Below, piece by piece: positions 9,481 through 16,890 of a DNA stretch of 32,000 nucleotides. This stretch comes from Candidatus Saccharimonadota bacterium (GTDB lineage: Bacteria; Patescibacteriota; Patescibacteriia; 2-12-FULL-60-25). The notes below the pieces were generated by a model. It searched no databases. It was not told the DNA's origin and was given only the letters and a program-made list of their open reading frames with translations. The stretch's first letter is position 1; each line of letters starts with the position of its first letter. The stretch lies in the NCBI GenBank assembly GCA_016699205.1, contig CP064964.1:570001-602000 (forward strand). Direction: 5' to 3'. The position numbers and the translations under genes were made by a program.

Positions 9481-9560
9481 TACTTCCTCCATGTAAAATA
9501 TTACACCTTTCAGGGGTTTATGCAACGCGCATAAGCCTCTGAAGGAGTGCGGGAACCGGC
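9481..9560 (-). repeat. Intercistronic spacer IE16 (divergent member): long imperfect hairpin plus SD
   Basis: In mRNA sense: CCUUCAGAGGCUUAUGC-GCGUU-GCAUAAACCCCUGAAAGG, followed by GGAGGAAGUA-AUG. Confidence 0.4.
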
Positions 9561-10571
9561 TCAACTCCGATGTATTTCTACATTGGATGAGCAGGTTCCC
9601 GATGGCTCAGAATGAGCCAGAAACGGTGAGGGTCGCGTGATCGGTCGAGACCGAAGGCGAGACCAGGACACCGGTTGCAGGAGCGTGGCGCCCGCACCAG
9701 CCGAGGCCAGTCCGAGCGCGAGGAAGACGTACTGCAGCGCCTCGAGCGTTGCACCCTCGGAGCAAAGGCCGCGTACGTGACCGACCTGCTGCATGGCGTC
9801 GGGGACGCTGAGGCCATCCACCGGGAGGATGTTGCCGTCGCTCGCGTTGGAGCAGGCGTCACCGCCGGAACCGAACGTGAGGCGATGACGATAGTCGATC
9901 AGCGACGGGTCGCTGTTCAGATCGTTGAGACGTATCCAGACCGGGATGTCGGCGAGGAGCAGCGCCGCACCGAGACCGATGAGCGACCAGCCTGCCCACT
10001 CGTGGTTGTACGAGGCAGGAGCCGGATGCGGATCGAGGATGACGTCGGACGAAGGCGGAATGACGTCGGCGACCGCCGGAACCGGATTGGGCGAGACGTG
10101 CAGGCAGTCGATGAGCGATGGTCCTGCCACAGACGCCATGCTGTCGATCTGCTCTTGCGAAGGCATCAGCGGAAGACGGCCCGTGTAGTGCGAGACGACG
10201 CGATGCTGGTGAAGGTCGAAGTAGTTGAGCTCGACCTCGAGCTCTTCTGCGATGTCGGTGTTGACCCTGTGGGTCGTACCGAAGACGAGCGTGCCGACAG
10301 ACATCGCGTTCGCGATCCGATCGAGACACTCGATGTTCGTCGAGGCGCAATCGTGAACGAGCACCATCTGCGCGAGCGAGATGTCGCGATCCGACACATC
10401 GCAACCGCGAGCCTCGAGGGCCGTGCGGAGCGAATGCGTCAGGCGACGCGCCTGATCATCATCCCCTTCCATCGAGTTGATGCCGAGAACGAGGACGGAC
10501 TGCGCGGAAGCCATTGCGGGTTGCGTGATGATGAACAGAAGGAACAGGTACGAGAGCATTTGAATGTGCAT
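9561..10571 (-). CDS. Array cistron A16: secreted/membrane protein, unknown function
   Basis: GGAGG lies 6 nt upstream of ATG 10571. The signal peptide is MHIQMLSYLFLLFIITQPAMASA. Two later hydrophobic segments are present. 336 aa, TGA stop. Confidence 0.7.
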   Translation of the reverse strand: MHIQMLSYLFLLFIITQPAMASAQSVLVLGINSMEGDDDQARRLTHSLRTALEARGCDVSDRDISLAQMVLVHDCASTNIECLDRIANAMSVGTLVFGTTHRVNTDIAEELEVELNYFDLHQHRVVSHYTGRLPLMPSQEQIDSMASVAGPSLIDCLHVSPNPVPAVADVIPPSSDVILDPHPAPASYNHEWAGWSLIGLGAALLLADIPVWIRLNDLNSDPSLIDYRHRLTFGSGGDACSNASDGNILPVDGLSVPDAMQQVGHVRGLCSEGATLEALQYVFLALGLASAGAGATLLQPVSWSRLRSRPITRPSPFLAHSEPSGTCSSNVEIHRS

Positions 10572-10680
10572 TGCACACCTCCATCTGAGATTCACGACCT
10601 TCGCCACCATGGCGGGGTTATGAATCCAAGAGGAGCCTCCTGCCGCTGGTTTCACCCAGACGGAAGAAGCAGAGAAACGG
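10572..10680 (-). repeat. Intercistronic element IE15, family D
   Basis: Core 10626-10663 (CCAAGAGGAGCCTCCTGCCGCTGGTTTCACCCAGACGG) is homologous to 18874-18911. Hairpin 2 is CGCCA-TGG-TGGCG. The SD is GGAGG. Confidence 0.7.
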
Positions 10681-11385
10681 TCAGAATGATGGTGTTGTCG
10701 TCACATGTACGAAGCACACGTCACGAGACATGCCGTCGATGCGCAGCGATGTGCTGACGAGTTCGGCCTCGACCGGCAAGCAGCGCGCAACCGGATCACA
10801 ACGCTGAACCGAGAGATGCAAGAGCGCATCGTCCGGACAGGATGCCGTGGAATCGCTTCCGATCCCTGCCGTGTGTCCGGCAAATCCGTCACCGGAACGC
10901 TCGGCGAAGTCGCCTTCTAGGATGAAGCCGAAGGATTCTTCCGCCCTCACCCGGAAGGCAAAGACAATCGGGAGCTCCTGTTCCGGAATTCCTTCATCCC
11001 ACTCGGCGCTTCTGCGGCACTCGAGCCAGTCGAGAACGCATTCGTGATCGAGCACGTCCGAGACTGCCCCATCCACGACACGGATGTTGCCACCCGTGCC
11101 GAAGTAGGATCGGATGCGGCCGCCATAGGCGACCATGCCATCCATCGCTGAGGTGATGCGCACCTTGTAGACGACCTCGTTTGGAGGCAGCACGTCTACA
11201 GGATCATGCCAGTAGTGGAAGTAGTTGGCGGGACCGTCCGGATGCGGACCGCAGGAAGCGGGGTTGTACTCCCGCGTGCAGGCGCTGACCGGAAGCGGAA
11301 CGGGATTCTCCTCGCGCTGATGCGAGAGATAGCAACCCGAGATCCACGATGCGAACAACGTGATGATTGTGATGCGAATGTACAT
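10681..11385 (-). CDS. Array cistron A15: lipoprotein, unknown function
   Basis: GGAGG lies 4 nt upstream of ATG 11385. Lipobox signal peptide MYIRITIITLFASWISGC. 234 aa, TGA stop. Confidence 0.75.
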   Translation of the reverse strand: MYIRITIITLFASWISGCYLSHQREENPVPLPVSACTREYNPASCGPHPDGPANYFHYWHDPVDVLPPNEVVYKVRITSAMDGMVAYGGRIRSYFGTGGNIRVVDGAVSDVLDHECVLDWLECRRSAEWDEGIPEQELPIVFAFRVRAEESFGFILEGDFAERSGDGFAGHTAGIGSDSTASCPDDALLHLSVQRCDPVARCLPVEAELVSTSLRIDGMSRDVCFVHVTTTPSF

Positions 11386-11522
11386 GTGTCCTCCAGCTTC
11401 GGCCTCCGACGGAAATCGTCAGAAGGCGGAGAGGAGAGCCGATCGACCGCGAGTGAGCGCGGGATCGGCTTCCAGTCTGGTTCTGGATTCCCGCCTTCGC
11501 GGGAATGACAGATGAGAAGGTG
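11386..11522 (-). repeat. Intercistronic element IE14, family E, carrying an extra ATTCCC-N8-GGGAAT palindrome
   Basis: Core 11420-11470 is homologous to 12181-12227 (hairpin CCGCG-AGTGAG-CGCGG). The inserted palindrome ATTCCCGCCTTCGCGGGAAT lies at 11486-11505. The TAG stop sits in GAAGGTGCTAG. Confidence 0.75.
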
Positions 11523-12122
11523 CTAGAGAATCTCGAAGCGGTTGCTCCAGAGCGTCTCGATGTCGACGCTGTAACGCATGTCGTCGAGGATCTGGTCTGC
11601 ACCGGTGATGCCGATGCGGAACGAGCTACCCGACGAGAGTGGCGCCGTGCGCACGAGAACGAGCATGTTCACGCGCGAGTCGGTCAGCGGGAGCGTGCGG
11701 ATGTGCTCGTCGAGCTCCACGCAGACATGCGTGCTGCCCGAGAAGCCACCCATGTGCACTCCGTGCATGAACGTCGTGCGCGAGATCGGCCCGAGAGACG
11801 CGATGGCGACATCTGCGATGTCCGCGGGATCACCATCGAGCTCGAGGCAGATCGCGGACAGGTCCTGGCTGTGACCGATCCAGGCTCGCGCGACCTCGTG
11901 CCACTCGCCGTCGCCTGCGATGAGATCACCTCCCATGGGCGTGTCGCCCGGAGTGATGTCGACGGTCGGCACAGGGCCGGCGTCGGTGAGGACGGGGCCC
12001 GAGTCGCCGATCGTGGGACCGGCGTCAGCCATCGGCATCGCCATGTGGGACGAGTTGCAGCCGAGAGTGACGAAGCAAGCGAACGAGACGAACAGAACCA
12101 TCAACGTGTTGCGAATGTGCAC
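11523..12122 (-). CDS. Array cistron A14: lipoprotein with DAG-rich linker, unknown function
   Basis: GGAGG lies 6 nt upstream of GTG 12122. Signal peptide (M)HIRNTLMVLFVSFACFVTLGC. 199 aa, TAG stop. Confidence 0.7.
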   Translation of the reverse strand: MHIRNTLMVLFVSFACFVTLGCNSSHMAMPMADAGPTIGDSGPVLTDAGPVPTVDITPGDTPMGGDLIAGDGEWHEVARAWIGHSQDLSAICLELDGDPADIADVAIASLGPISRTTFMHGVHMGGFSGSTHVCVELDEHIRTLPLTDSRVNMLVLVRTAPLSSGSSFRIGITGADQILDDMRYSVDIETLWSNRFEIL

Positions 12123-12253
12123 TTGGCACCTCCATCTTCGGCCTCCGTCCCGTAAAGTCTGCACTATGCAGATCACGGGACAGAAGGCGGAGAGGAGGCC
12201 CGATCGACCGCGAGTGAACGCGGGATCAGAGCCAGTTTAACAGAGTAAAAGAA
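12123..12253 (-). repeat. Intercistronic element IE13, family E with hairpin H2
   Basis: Core 12181-12227 has hairpin CCGCG-AGTGAA-CGCGG. H2 hairpin at 12147-12181 is homologous to 13726-13767 with compensatory inner-stem changes. Confidence 0.75.
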
Positions 12254-13081
12254 CTACTTCTTGGGCGGACCCAGGTGTTCGCGGACGAAGCGCGTGGCGG
12301 CCTCGAGCTCCTTGAAGGAGCTGGCTTTCACGAACTGGCGCGAGCCGTGCACGGGGCCGCTCATCGGACGTCCCTCCGCGTCCTTGCGATCGGAGAACGG
12401 GAAGTTCTCGAGACCGAGGGACGGGCGGAACGTGCCGATGAAGAAGATGCCGTAGACCTCGTTGTACTGGACGCCCCAGTCGTAGCCGCTGATGTAGGCG
12501 CCCTGTAGTCCGCCGTCGCGGATGACGAAGGGGATGCCGTCGACGAGGGTGAAGTTCTTGCGCATCGAGAGCAGCGTGTCGTACGCGGCGGCGATGCGCA
12601 TGGGCGGATTCTGCGCGAGCGCGCGGAACGCGTGGAGCTGGCGGGCGAACGACTCGTTGTCGATACCGCCCTCCTTGCAGATGGAGCAGGCGGCGAGCCA
12701 CCAGCAGGTCTCGGACTCGGCATCCATCTTGATGGACGCCTCGCTGCCGAGGCCCAGGTAGAACTCGCTGCGCACTTGCTCGACCGCCGCCTCGGTGTAG
12801 GCGGCGTGGAGCGTGGCGGAGAGCGTCTGCTTCTCGGCCGGGATCATGTTGAGCGCGCAGGCGATGCCGGCGTCGAAGCCGGGGGCCGTGTCCAACATGG
12901 TGGGCACACGCGAGACGAGCGAGCGCTCGCCGTCGATGTATACGGGCCAGCCGCCGAGTCCCGCGATGCGGGGAACGGACAGGCGGACTTGCTCGCGCAG
13001 GAAGTCGAGATCGGTGACCGTGAATTGCTTCATGCCATCGATCATGAGAAGGAACATGTCGGTTGCGACCAATTGATTCAT
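12254..13081 (-). CDS. Array cistron A13: hypothetical soluble protein
   Basis: GGAGG lies 6 nt upstream of ATG 13081. 275 aa with GC3-rich codons, TAG stop. No family recognised. Confidence 0.75.
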   Translation of the reverse strand: MNQLVATDMFLLMIDGMKQFTVTDLDFLREQVRLSVPRIAGLGGWPVYIDGERSLVSRVPTMLDTAPGFDAGIACALNMIPAEKQTLSATLHAAYTEAAVEQVRSEFYLGLGSEASIKMDAESETCWWLAACSICKEGGIDNESFARQLHAFRALAQNPPMRIAAAYDTLLSMRKNFTLVDGIPFVIRDGGLQGAYISGYDWGVQYNEVYGIFFIGTFRPSLGLENFPFSDRKDAEGRPMSGPVHGSRQFVKASSFKELEAATRFVREHLGPPKK

Positions 13082-13216
13082 CTAGAACCTCCAGCTTGGA
13101 ATCCCGATTTCTCGCAGTAGCGCGAGTTTGATCGGGAGTCCGAGAAGAGGGCGGCAGCGTCGAGACGAGTGACGGGGCCGCGCTTATGGGGAAGTGAAGG
13201 GGCGGAAGGGAAGGTG
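13082..13216 (-). repeat. Intercistronic element IE12, family A
   Basis: The 50-nt core 13136-13185 is identical to 13768-13817, 14327-14376 and 14932-14981. It has a unique hairpin 2 (CCCGAT...ATCGGG around CTCGC-AGTAGC-GCGAG). The TAG stop sits in GAAGGGAAGGTGCTAC. Confidence 0.85.
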
Positions 13217-13705
13217 CTACACGCGGACGAACAGGAAGCGGCGGTCAGCGTCCCACTCGAGCTCGAACCAGCGGTTGCCGAGGCCACGCTCGTCGCCGCG
13301 GCCGCTCAGGACCGGGACGTACCGACGGTTGCCGCCGCTGTCGATGAAGGAGCCGAGATCGACGATCCAGAACTTGCGCTGAAGACCAGGGTTGGCCTTG
13401 GAGAAGGCTTCGCGCTCGGCTGGGAAGGCTAAGCGGTAGCCGTTGCCCTTGGCCCACTCGATCGCCTGCTCACTCGTGGAGGCGCGATCGAACTTCTTGA
13501 GGAAAACAACCTTGTCACCAACGGAAGGCGTGATCTCACGTAGCGACTTGTGGAGCTCGAGCATGTACTCGCTCTCGTTCCACACATCGCTCACCCAGTC
13601 GTAGGCCAACTTGAGGTCGGCGAAGGCTGGGTTCGTGGTCGAGGTGACCGTGATGCGGTAGTGATCCGCGGGAAGATCGGTCTGAACACTCTGAAGACTT
13701 GTCAT
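13217..13705 (-). CDS. Array cistron A12: paralog family member (with A09, A10, A11), unknown function
   Basis: GGAGG lies 6 nt upstream of ATG 13705. 162 aa with MTSLQS..., ...QRKFWIVDLGSF..., ...RFLFVRV. About two-thirds identical to A10 by eye. TAG stop. Confidence 0.8.
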   Translation of the reverse strand: MTSLQSVQTDLPADHYRITVTSTTNPAFADLKLAYDWVSDVWNESEYMLELHKSLREITPSVGDKVVFLKKFDRASTSEQAIEWAKGNGYRLAFPAEREAFSKANPGLQRKFWIVDLGSFIDSGGNRRYVPVLSGRGDERGLGNRWFELEWDADRRFLFVRV

Positions 13706-13842
13706 CTCTACCTCCAGCTTGGAGTCACCATCCCGTAAAATTCGCACGATGCGAATCACGGGATGATGAGTCCGAGAAGAGGGCGGCAGCGTCGAGACGA
13801 GTGACGGGGCCGCGCTTTCAGAAAGGTAAGGAGGAACAGAAA
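13706..13842 (-). repeat. Intercistronic element IE11, family A with hairpin H2
   Basis: Core 13768-13817, H2 hairpin 13726-13767. The post-stop box reads UUCCUCCUUACC in mRNA sense. Confidence 0.85.
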
Positions 13843-14289
13843 CTACTTGATCTCACGGAAAGCCATGCAACGATGGCCTGCTACACGCCTATCTTCGATC
13901 CAGGCGCCACGAAGCTCACGATCCTGACCTTGACGAGAAAAGAATGGATAGTCGAGGCGGCCATCAGACCATCGGAAGAGCCTGCTGTCCTCGAATGGGA
14001 TCGTCGAAGAGTGACCCTCGGGATCATTCTCCATGATCCAGCAGAGGTAAGCCGGGACGTTCCCATCAACACTAAGCCCCTTGAAGTGCTTACGCGCTTC
14101 TTCTGTGGTCGTAACCTGATCGGTACCCCACTCGATGGCTTCGTATGACCTGCCGACTTCGCCGCGCATGAAGTCCCATTCGAAGGTATGGAACCTGTGC
14201 AAGCTGATGCGGCGGAATCTACTTTCGAACTTCGCCATGAACTCGGCTGTAGTCAGATCAGGTATGATTATTTTTTGAGAGCTTGTCAT
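13843..14289 (-). CDS. Array cistron A11: distant paralog of A09/A10/A12, unknown function
   Basis: GGAGG lies 6 nt upstream of ATG 14289. 148 aa with MTSSQK..., ...YEAIEWG.... It appears visibly less GC-rich than its neighbours. TAG stop. Confidence 0.7.
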   Translation of the reverse strand: MTSSQKIIIPDLTTAEFMAKFESRFRRISLHRFHTFEWDFMRGEVGRSYEAIEWGTDQVTTTEEARKHFKGLSVDGNVPAYLCWIMENDPEGHSSTIPFEDSRLFRWSDGRLDYPFFSRQGQDRELRGAWIEDRRVAGHRCMAFREIK

Positions 14290-14406
14290 CTCAATCCTCC
14301 AGCTTGGAGTCACCACACGTTGTGATGAGTCCGAGAAGAGGGCGGCAGCGTCGAGACGAGTGACGGGGCCGCGCTTATGGGGAAGTGAAGGGGCGGGAAG
14401 GAAGTG
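14290..14406 (-). repeat. Intercistronic element IE10, family A with hairpin H3
   Basis: Core 14327-14376. H3 is CACCACA-CGT-TGTGATG at 14311-14327. Confidence 0.85.
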
Positions 14407-14895
14407 CTACTCGCGGACGAACAGGAAGCGGACGTCGGCATGCCACTCGTTGCCGAACAAGTAGCGGCCGAGGTCGCGCCCGCCATCGGAGCCGCACAGA
14501 ACCGGGACATACCGGCCGCCGTCGTCGACGAGGAAGGAGCCGAGGTCCACGATCCAGAACTTCCGCTGGATGTCGGGGTTGGCCTTGGAGAAGGCCTCGC
14601 GCTCGCAGGGGAAGGCCGGGCGATAGCCGTGGCTCTTGCCCCACTCGATCGCTTCCTCACTCGAGGTGTGACGGTCGAACTTCTTGATGAAGACGACCTT
14701 GTCACCAGTGGTGGGCTCGAGCTCGCGCAGAGACTCGTGGAGCTCGAGCTTGTAGTCGCCCTCGCACCACACCCGACTCACGCCGTCGCCGTAGTTGGCA
14801 ATGAGACCGGCGTAGGCAGGGATCGCGGTCGAGGTGACCGTGATGCGGTAGTGATCCGCGGGAAGCGCGTTCTGTACACTCTGAAGACTTGTCAT
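14407..14895 (-). CDS. Array cistron A10: paralog family member, unknown function
   Basis: 162-aa ORF. The first ~69 nt are nearly identical to A12 (4 differences by hand). The SD upstream is replaced by an A-run. TAG stop. Confidence 0.75.
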   Translation of the reverse strand: MTSLQSVQNALPADHYRITVTSTAIPAYAGLIANYGDGVSRVWCEGDYKLELHESLRELEPTTGDKVVFIKKFDRHTSSEEAIEWGKSHGYRPAFPCEREAFSKANPDIQRKFWIVDLGSFLVDDGGRYVPVLCGSDGGRDLGRYLFGNEWHADVRFLFVRE

Positions 14896-15001
14896 CTCTA
14901 TTTTTAGCTTGGAGTCACCACACTGCGTGATGAGTCCGAGAAGAGGGCGGCAGCGTCGAGACGAGTGACGGGGCCGCGCTTAGGATGAAGAAGGGAAGGT
15001 G
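14896..15001 (-). repeat. Intercistronic element IE9, family A with hairpin H3, SD mutated
   Basis: Core 14932-14981, H3 14916-14932. Plus-strand ATTTTT at 14900-14905 replaces the ACCTCC found in the sister copies. Confidence 0.85.
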
Positions 15002-15451
15002 CTACTTGCGGACGGCTAGGAAGATGTAGCCACGAACCCACCGGAACGGATATTCGATCCAGTACATGCCGAGGTAGCGACCGGCGTCGCCCCCGTTCGC
15101 GCACGGCGAGCCGAGACCGCCGCCTTGCCAGCAGACAGAGCCGAGAGCGACGATCGGGAACTTGCGCTGCTCGTCGGGGTACTGCTTGGTAAAGCCGAGC
15201 AGCTCCTCATAGAGAGCGGGGCGGAACCCGAGGCGGTCGAGCTCGGCGAGGATCGCGTCCGTGTGCATCTCCTTGTCGAGATGCACGAACTCGAACTCGA
15301 TCTCTCGACTCTCGGTCGAAACGTCCTTGCAGATGTCGATCGCCTTGAAAACCGCGCCGTTGAGGGGGACGTCCACCCAGTCGTACGCCTTTTTGAGGTC
15401 AGTGTACGAGGGCTGACGGTACTCGACGTGGGCATTGAAGGAACTGGTCAT
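15002..15451 (-). CDS. Array cistron A09: paralog family member, unknown function
   Basis: GGAGG lies 6 nt upstream of the second ATG (15451). 149 aa with MTSSFN..., ...AYDWV..., ...QRKFPIVALGS..., ...IFLAVRK. TAG stop. Confidence 0.75.
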   Translation of the reverse strand: MTSSFNAHVEYRQPSYTDLKKAYDWVDVPLNGAVFKAIDICKDVSTESREIEFEFVHLDKEMHTDAILAELDRLGFRPALYEELLGFTKQYPDEQRKFPIVALGSVCWQGGGLGSPCANGGDAGRYLGMYWIEYPFRWVRGYIFLAVRK

Positions 15452-15584
15452 CATTTACCTCCACCTTGGACCTCCGACCTCTCGCGATCTTGCGAGGTTG
15501 GTCAGAAGTCCGAGAAGAGATGCTTCCGGCCGCTAGTTTCATCTAGGCGGTAGAAGCGAGAAGAGAAAGGGCGGTTGGTGCGCA
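15452..15584 (-). repeat. Intercistronic element IE8: unique hairpin 1 plus hairpin H1
   Basis: AAGTCCGAGAAGAG box at ~15507. Hairpin GCTTCCGGCCGCTAG-TTTCAT-CTAGGCGGTAGAAGC. H1 at 15469-15503 is homologous to 19645-19678 and 20178-20212. Confidence 0.7.
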
Positions 15585-15827
15585 TCATGAGATCGCTACC
15601 GATACGACGATGACCACGATCGCGAGGATGGTGGCGATGGTCATGGTGAGCGCGTAGAACGGGGTGCGCGTGAGCTCGCCGGGGCGGAAGTTGTGGAAGC
15701 CAAAGGCGATGCCGAGCGCGATGATGCCGGCTTGGCCCGAGCGGAACAGAATCTCACCGACGACGAGCGCGATGAGAAAGAGCAAGACGACGAGCGTGAT
15801 CGCGATGATCATGAATGTCTCCATCAT
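15585..15827 (-). CDS. Array cistron A08: small polytopic membrane protein
   Basis: 80 aa with about three hydrophobic helices (METFMIIAITLVVLLFLIALVV...). The SD is weak (GGTGG). The start could be 15827 or 15824. TGA stop. Confidence 0.55.
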   Translation of the reverse strand: MMETFMIIAITLVVLLFLIALVVGEILFRSGQAGIIALGIAFGFHNFRPGELTRTPFYALTMTIATILAIVVIVVSVAIS

Positions 15828-15927
15828 CGGCCACCGAACTCGACACTGCGTCGGGTTGCGGGGGCCAGTGAGGAGAGCCGACCGTTGAGTGAACAACGGT
15901 GCGGCTCGATCCAGCGATTGGAAGGTG
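15828..15927 (-). repeat. Intercistronic element IE7, family B
   Basis: Core 15870-15914 is identical to 16806-16850 (hairpin GAGCCG-ACCGTTG-AGTGAA-CAACGGT-CGGCTC). The TAG stop sits in GGAAGGTGCTAG. Confidence 0.8.
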
Positions 15928-16761
15928 CTAGCTGCCGCAGTAGTGGTCGATCTCGTATTGGATCGTGGCTTCGCGGTAGAGGCGGTCGCCGTCGAACAGT
16001 TCAGCGTTGATGATCGTCTCGCCGACGCAGAACGTGACGAAGAACCCATCCATCATCATGATGTCGCGTCCGCGCAGCCACGGCTCGGCGAGATAGTACG
16101 TGACGGTCGGGTCGGCGATCCTTCGGAGGACATTGCCGTGGTCGACGACGTAGCTCGCGGGATCCGTGATGATCGCGACGGTTACGACACCGGGACGCAT
16201 CGGCACATTGCCGTTGATTCGGATGGAGGCGAGCAGCTCATCTGGAATCTGCGTCACCTGTCCGCAGGCGTAGTCGTCACGACCGAACCGCACGTCGCGG
16301 GATGGATCGAGATACCAGCTCGTGAGGAACTGGGTTGTCGGGAAGACGTATCGGTTACCATCGTTGGCGATGTAGTAGATCTGGCTTCCAGATCCCTTCA
16401 CCAGCATTCCCGGCTCGACATGGTCTGCCGTCGGGAAGACGCCCTCGATCGCACAGCAGCCGCGGAATCCTCCGCGATGCTCGACGTCGGGCGTCCAAGG
16501 ATCGCAGAACGCATATCGACCGAGCGGTGCGACATGCGCATCAGGCGCGGCGAAGGCGTCTGGCTCGACATGGGCGTCGGTGCCCGCATCGGATCCTGCA
16601 TCCGGCGTCGGCATGGGGGCCGCGTCGGCAAGGACCGTGGCGGCGTCGCTCAGCGGCAGACCTGCATCGGACGCGGGTGCCGGGCAGGCGTAGTTGATGC
16701 TGGTACAGCCGTTCATCGCCATGAAGGAGATGAGGGCGAGTGCGATCTTGCTGATGTTCAT
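15928..16761 (-). CDS. Array cistron A07: lipoprotein; N-terminal export module shared with A06
   Basis: GGAGG lies 5 nt upstream of ATG 16761. Signal peptide MNISKIALALISFMAMNGC with a DAAPMPTPDAGSD linker. 277 aa, TAG stop. Confidence 0.8.
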   Translation of the reverse strand: MNISKIALALISFMAMNGCTSINYACPAPASDAGLPLSDAATVLADAAPMPTPDAGSDAGTDAHVEPDAFAAPDAHVAPLGRYAFCDPWTPDVEHRGGFRGCCAIEGVFPTADHVEPGMLVKGSGSQIYYIANDGNRYVFPTTQFLTSWYLDPSRDVRFGRDDYACGQVTQIPDELLASIRINGNVPMRPGVVTVAIITDPASYVVDHGNVLRRIADPTVTYYLAEPWLRGRDIMMMDGFFVTFCVGETIINAELFDGDRLYREATIQYEIDHYCGS

Positions 16762-16890
16762 GCGAACCTCCATCTTGGAGCCACCACACATTGTGATGGG
16801 TCCGAGAGGAGAGCCGACCGTTGAGTGAACAACGGTGCGGCTCGATCCAGAGTATGTCGCGCGATGCGTGTCGCGTGACGCGTGAAAGAA
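16762..16890 (-). repeat. Intercistronic element IE6, family B with hairpin H3
   Basis: Core 16806-16850, H3 16782-16798. An extra tandem TGTCGCGCGATGCG/TGTCGCGTGACGCG lies next to the stop. Confidence 0.8.

Noticed and set aside
7678-9534. 618-aa plus-strand ORF, and similar long plus-strand ORFs at 9675-10757, 11505-12155, 15889-16824 and 18360-19286, inside the array
   Set aside because: These are typical antisense shadow ORFs of GC-rich coding DNA. They have R/G/D/A/H-rich composition, no SD or plausible start context, and no G/C third-position bias in their own frame. The minus-strand frames have SDs, signal peptides and strong GC3.
11204-11602. 132-aa minus-strand ORF containing ...VIPAKAGIQ...
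   Set aside because: It reads through an intercistronic element and the ATTCCC-N8-GGGAAT palindrome. The peptide is the known artefactual translation of that repeat type.
13706-13740. Sigma54 (-24/-12) promoter in the GGTGACTCCAAGCTGG segment of the leaders
   Set aside because: GG-to-GC spacing is 9 nt or less instead of 10. It also varies among copies (for example CGGGATTCCAAGCTGG). The conserved part is better explained as SD context.
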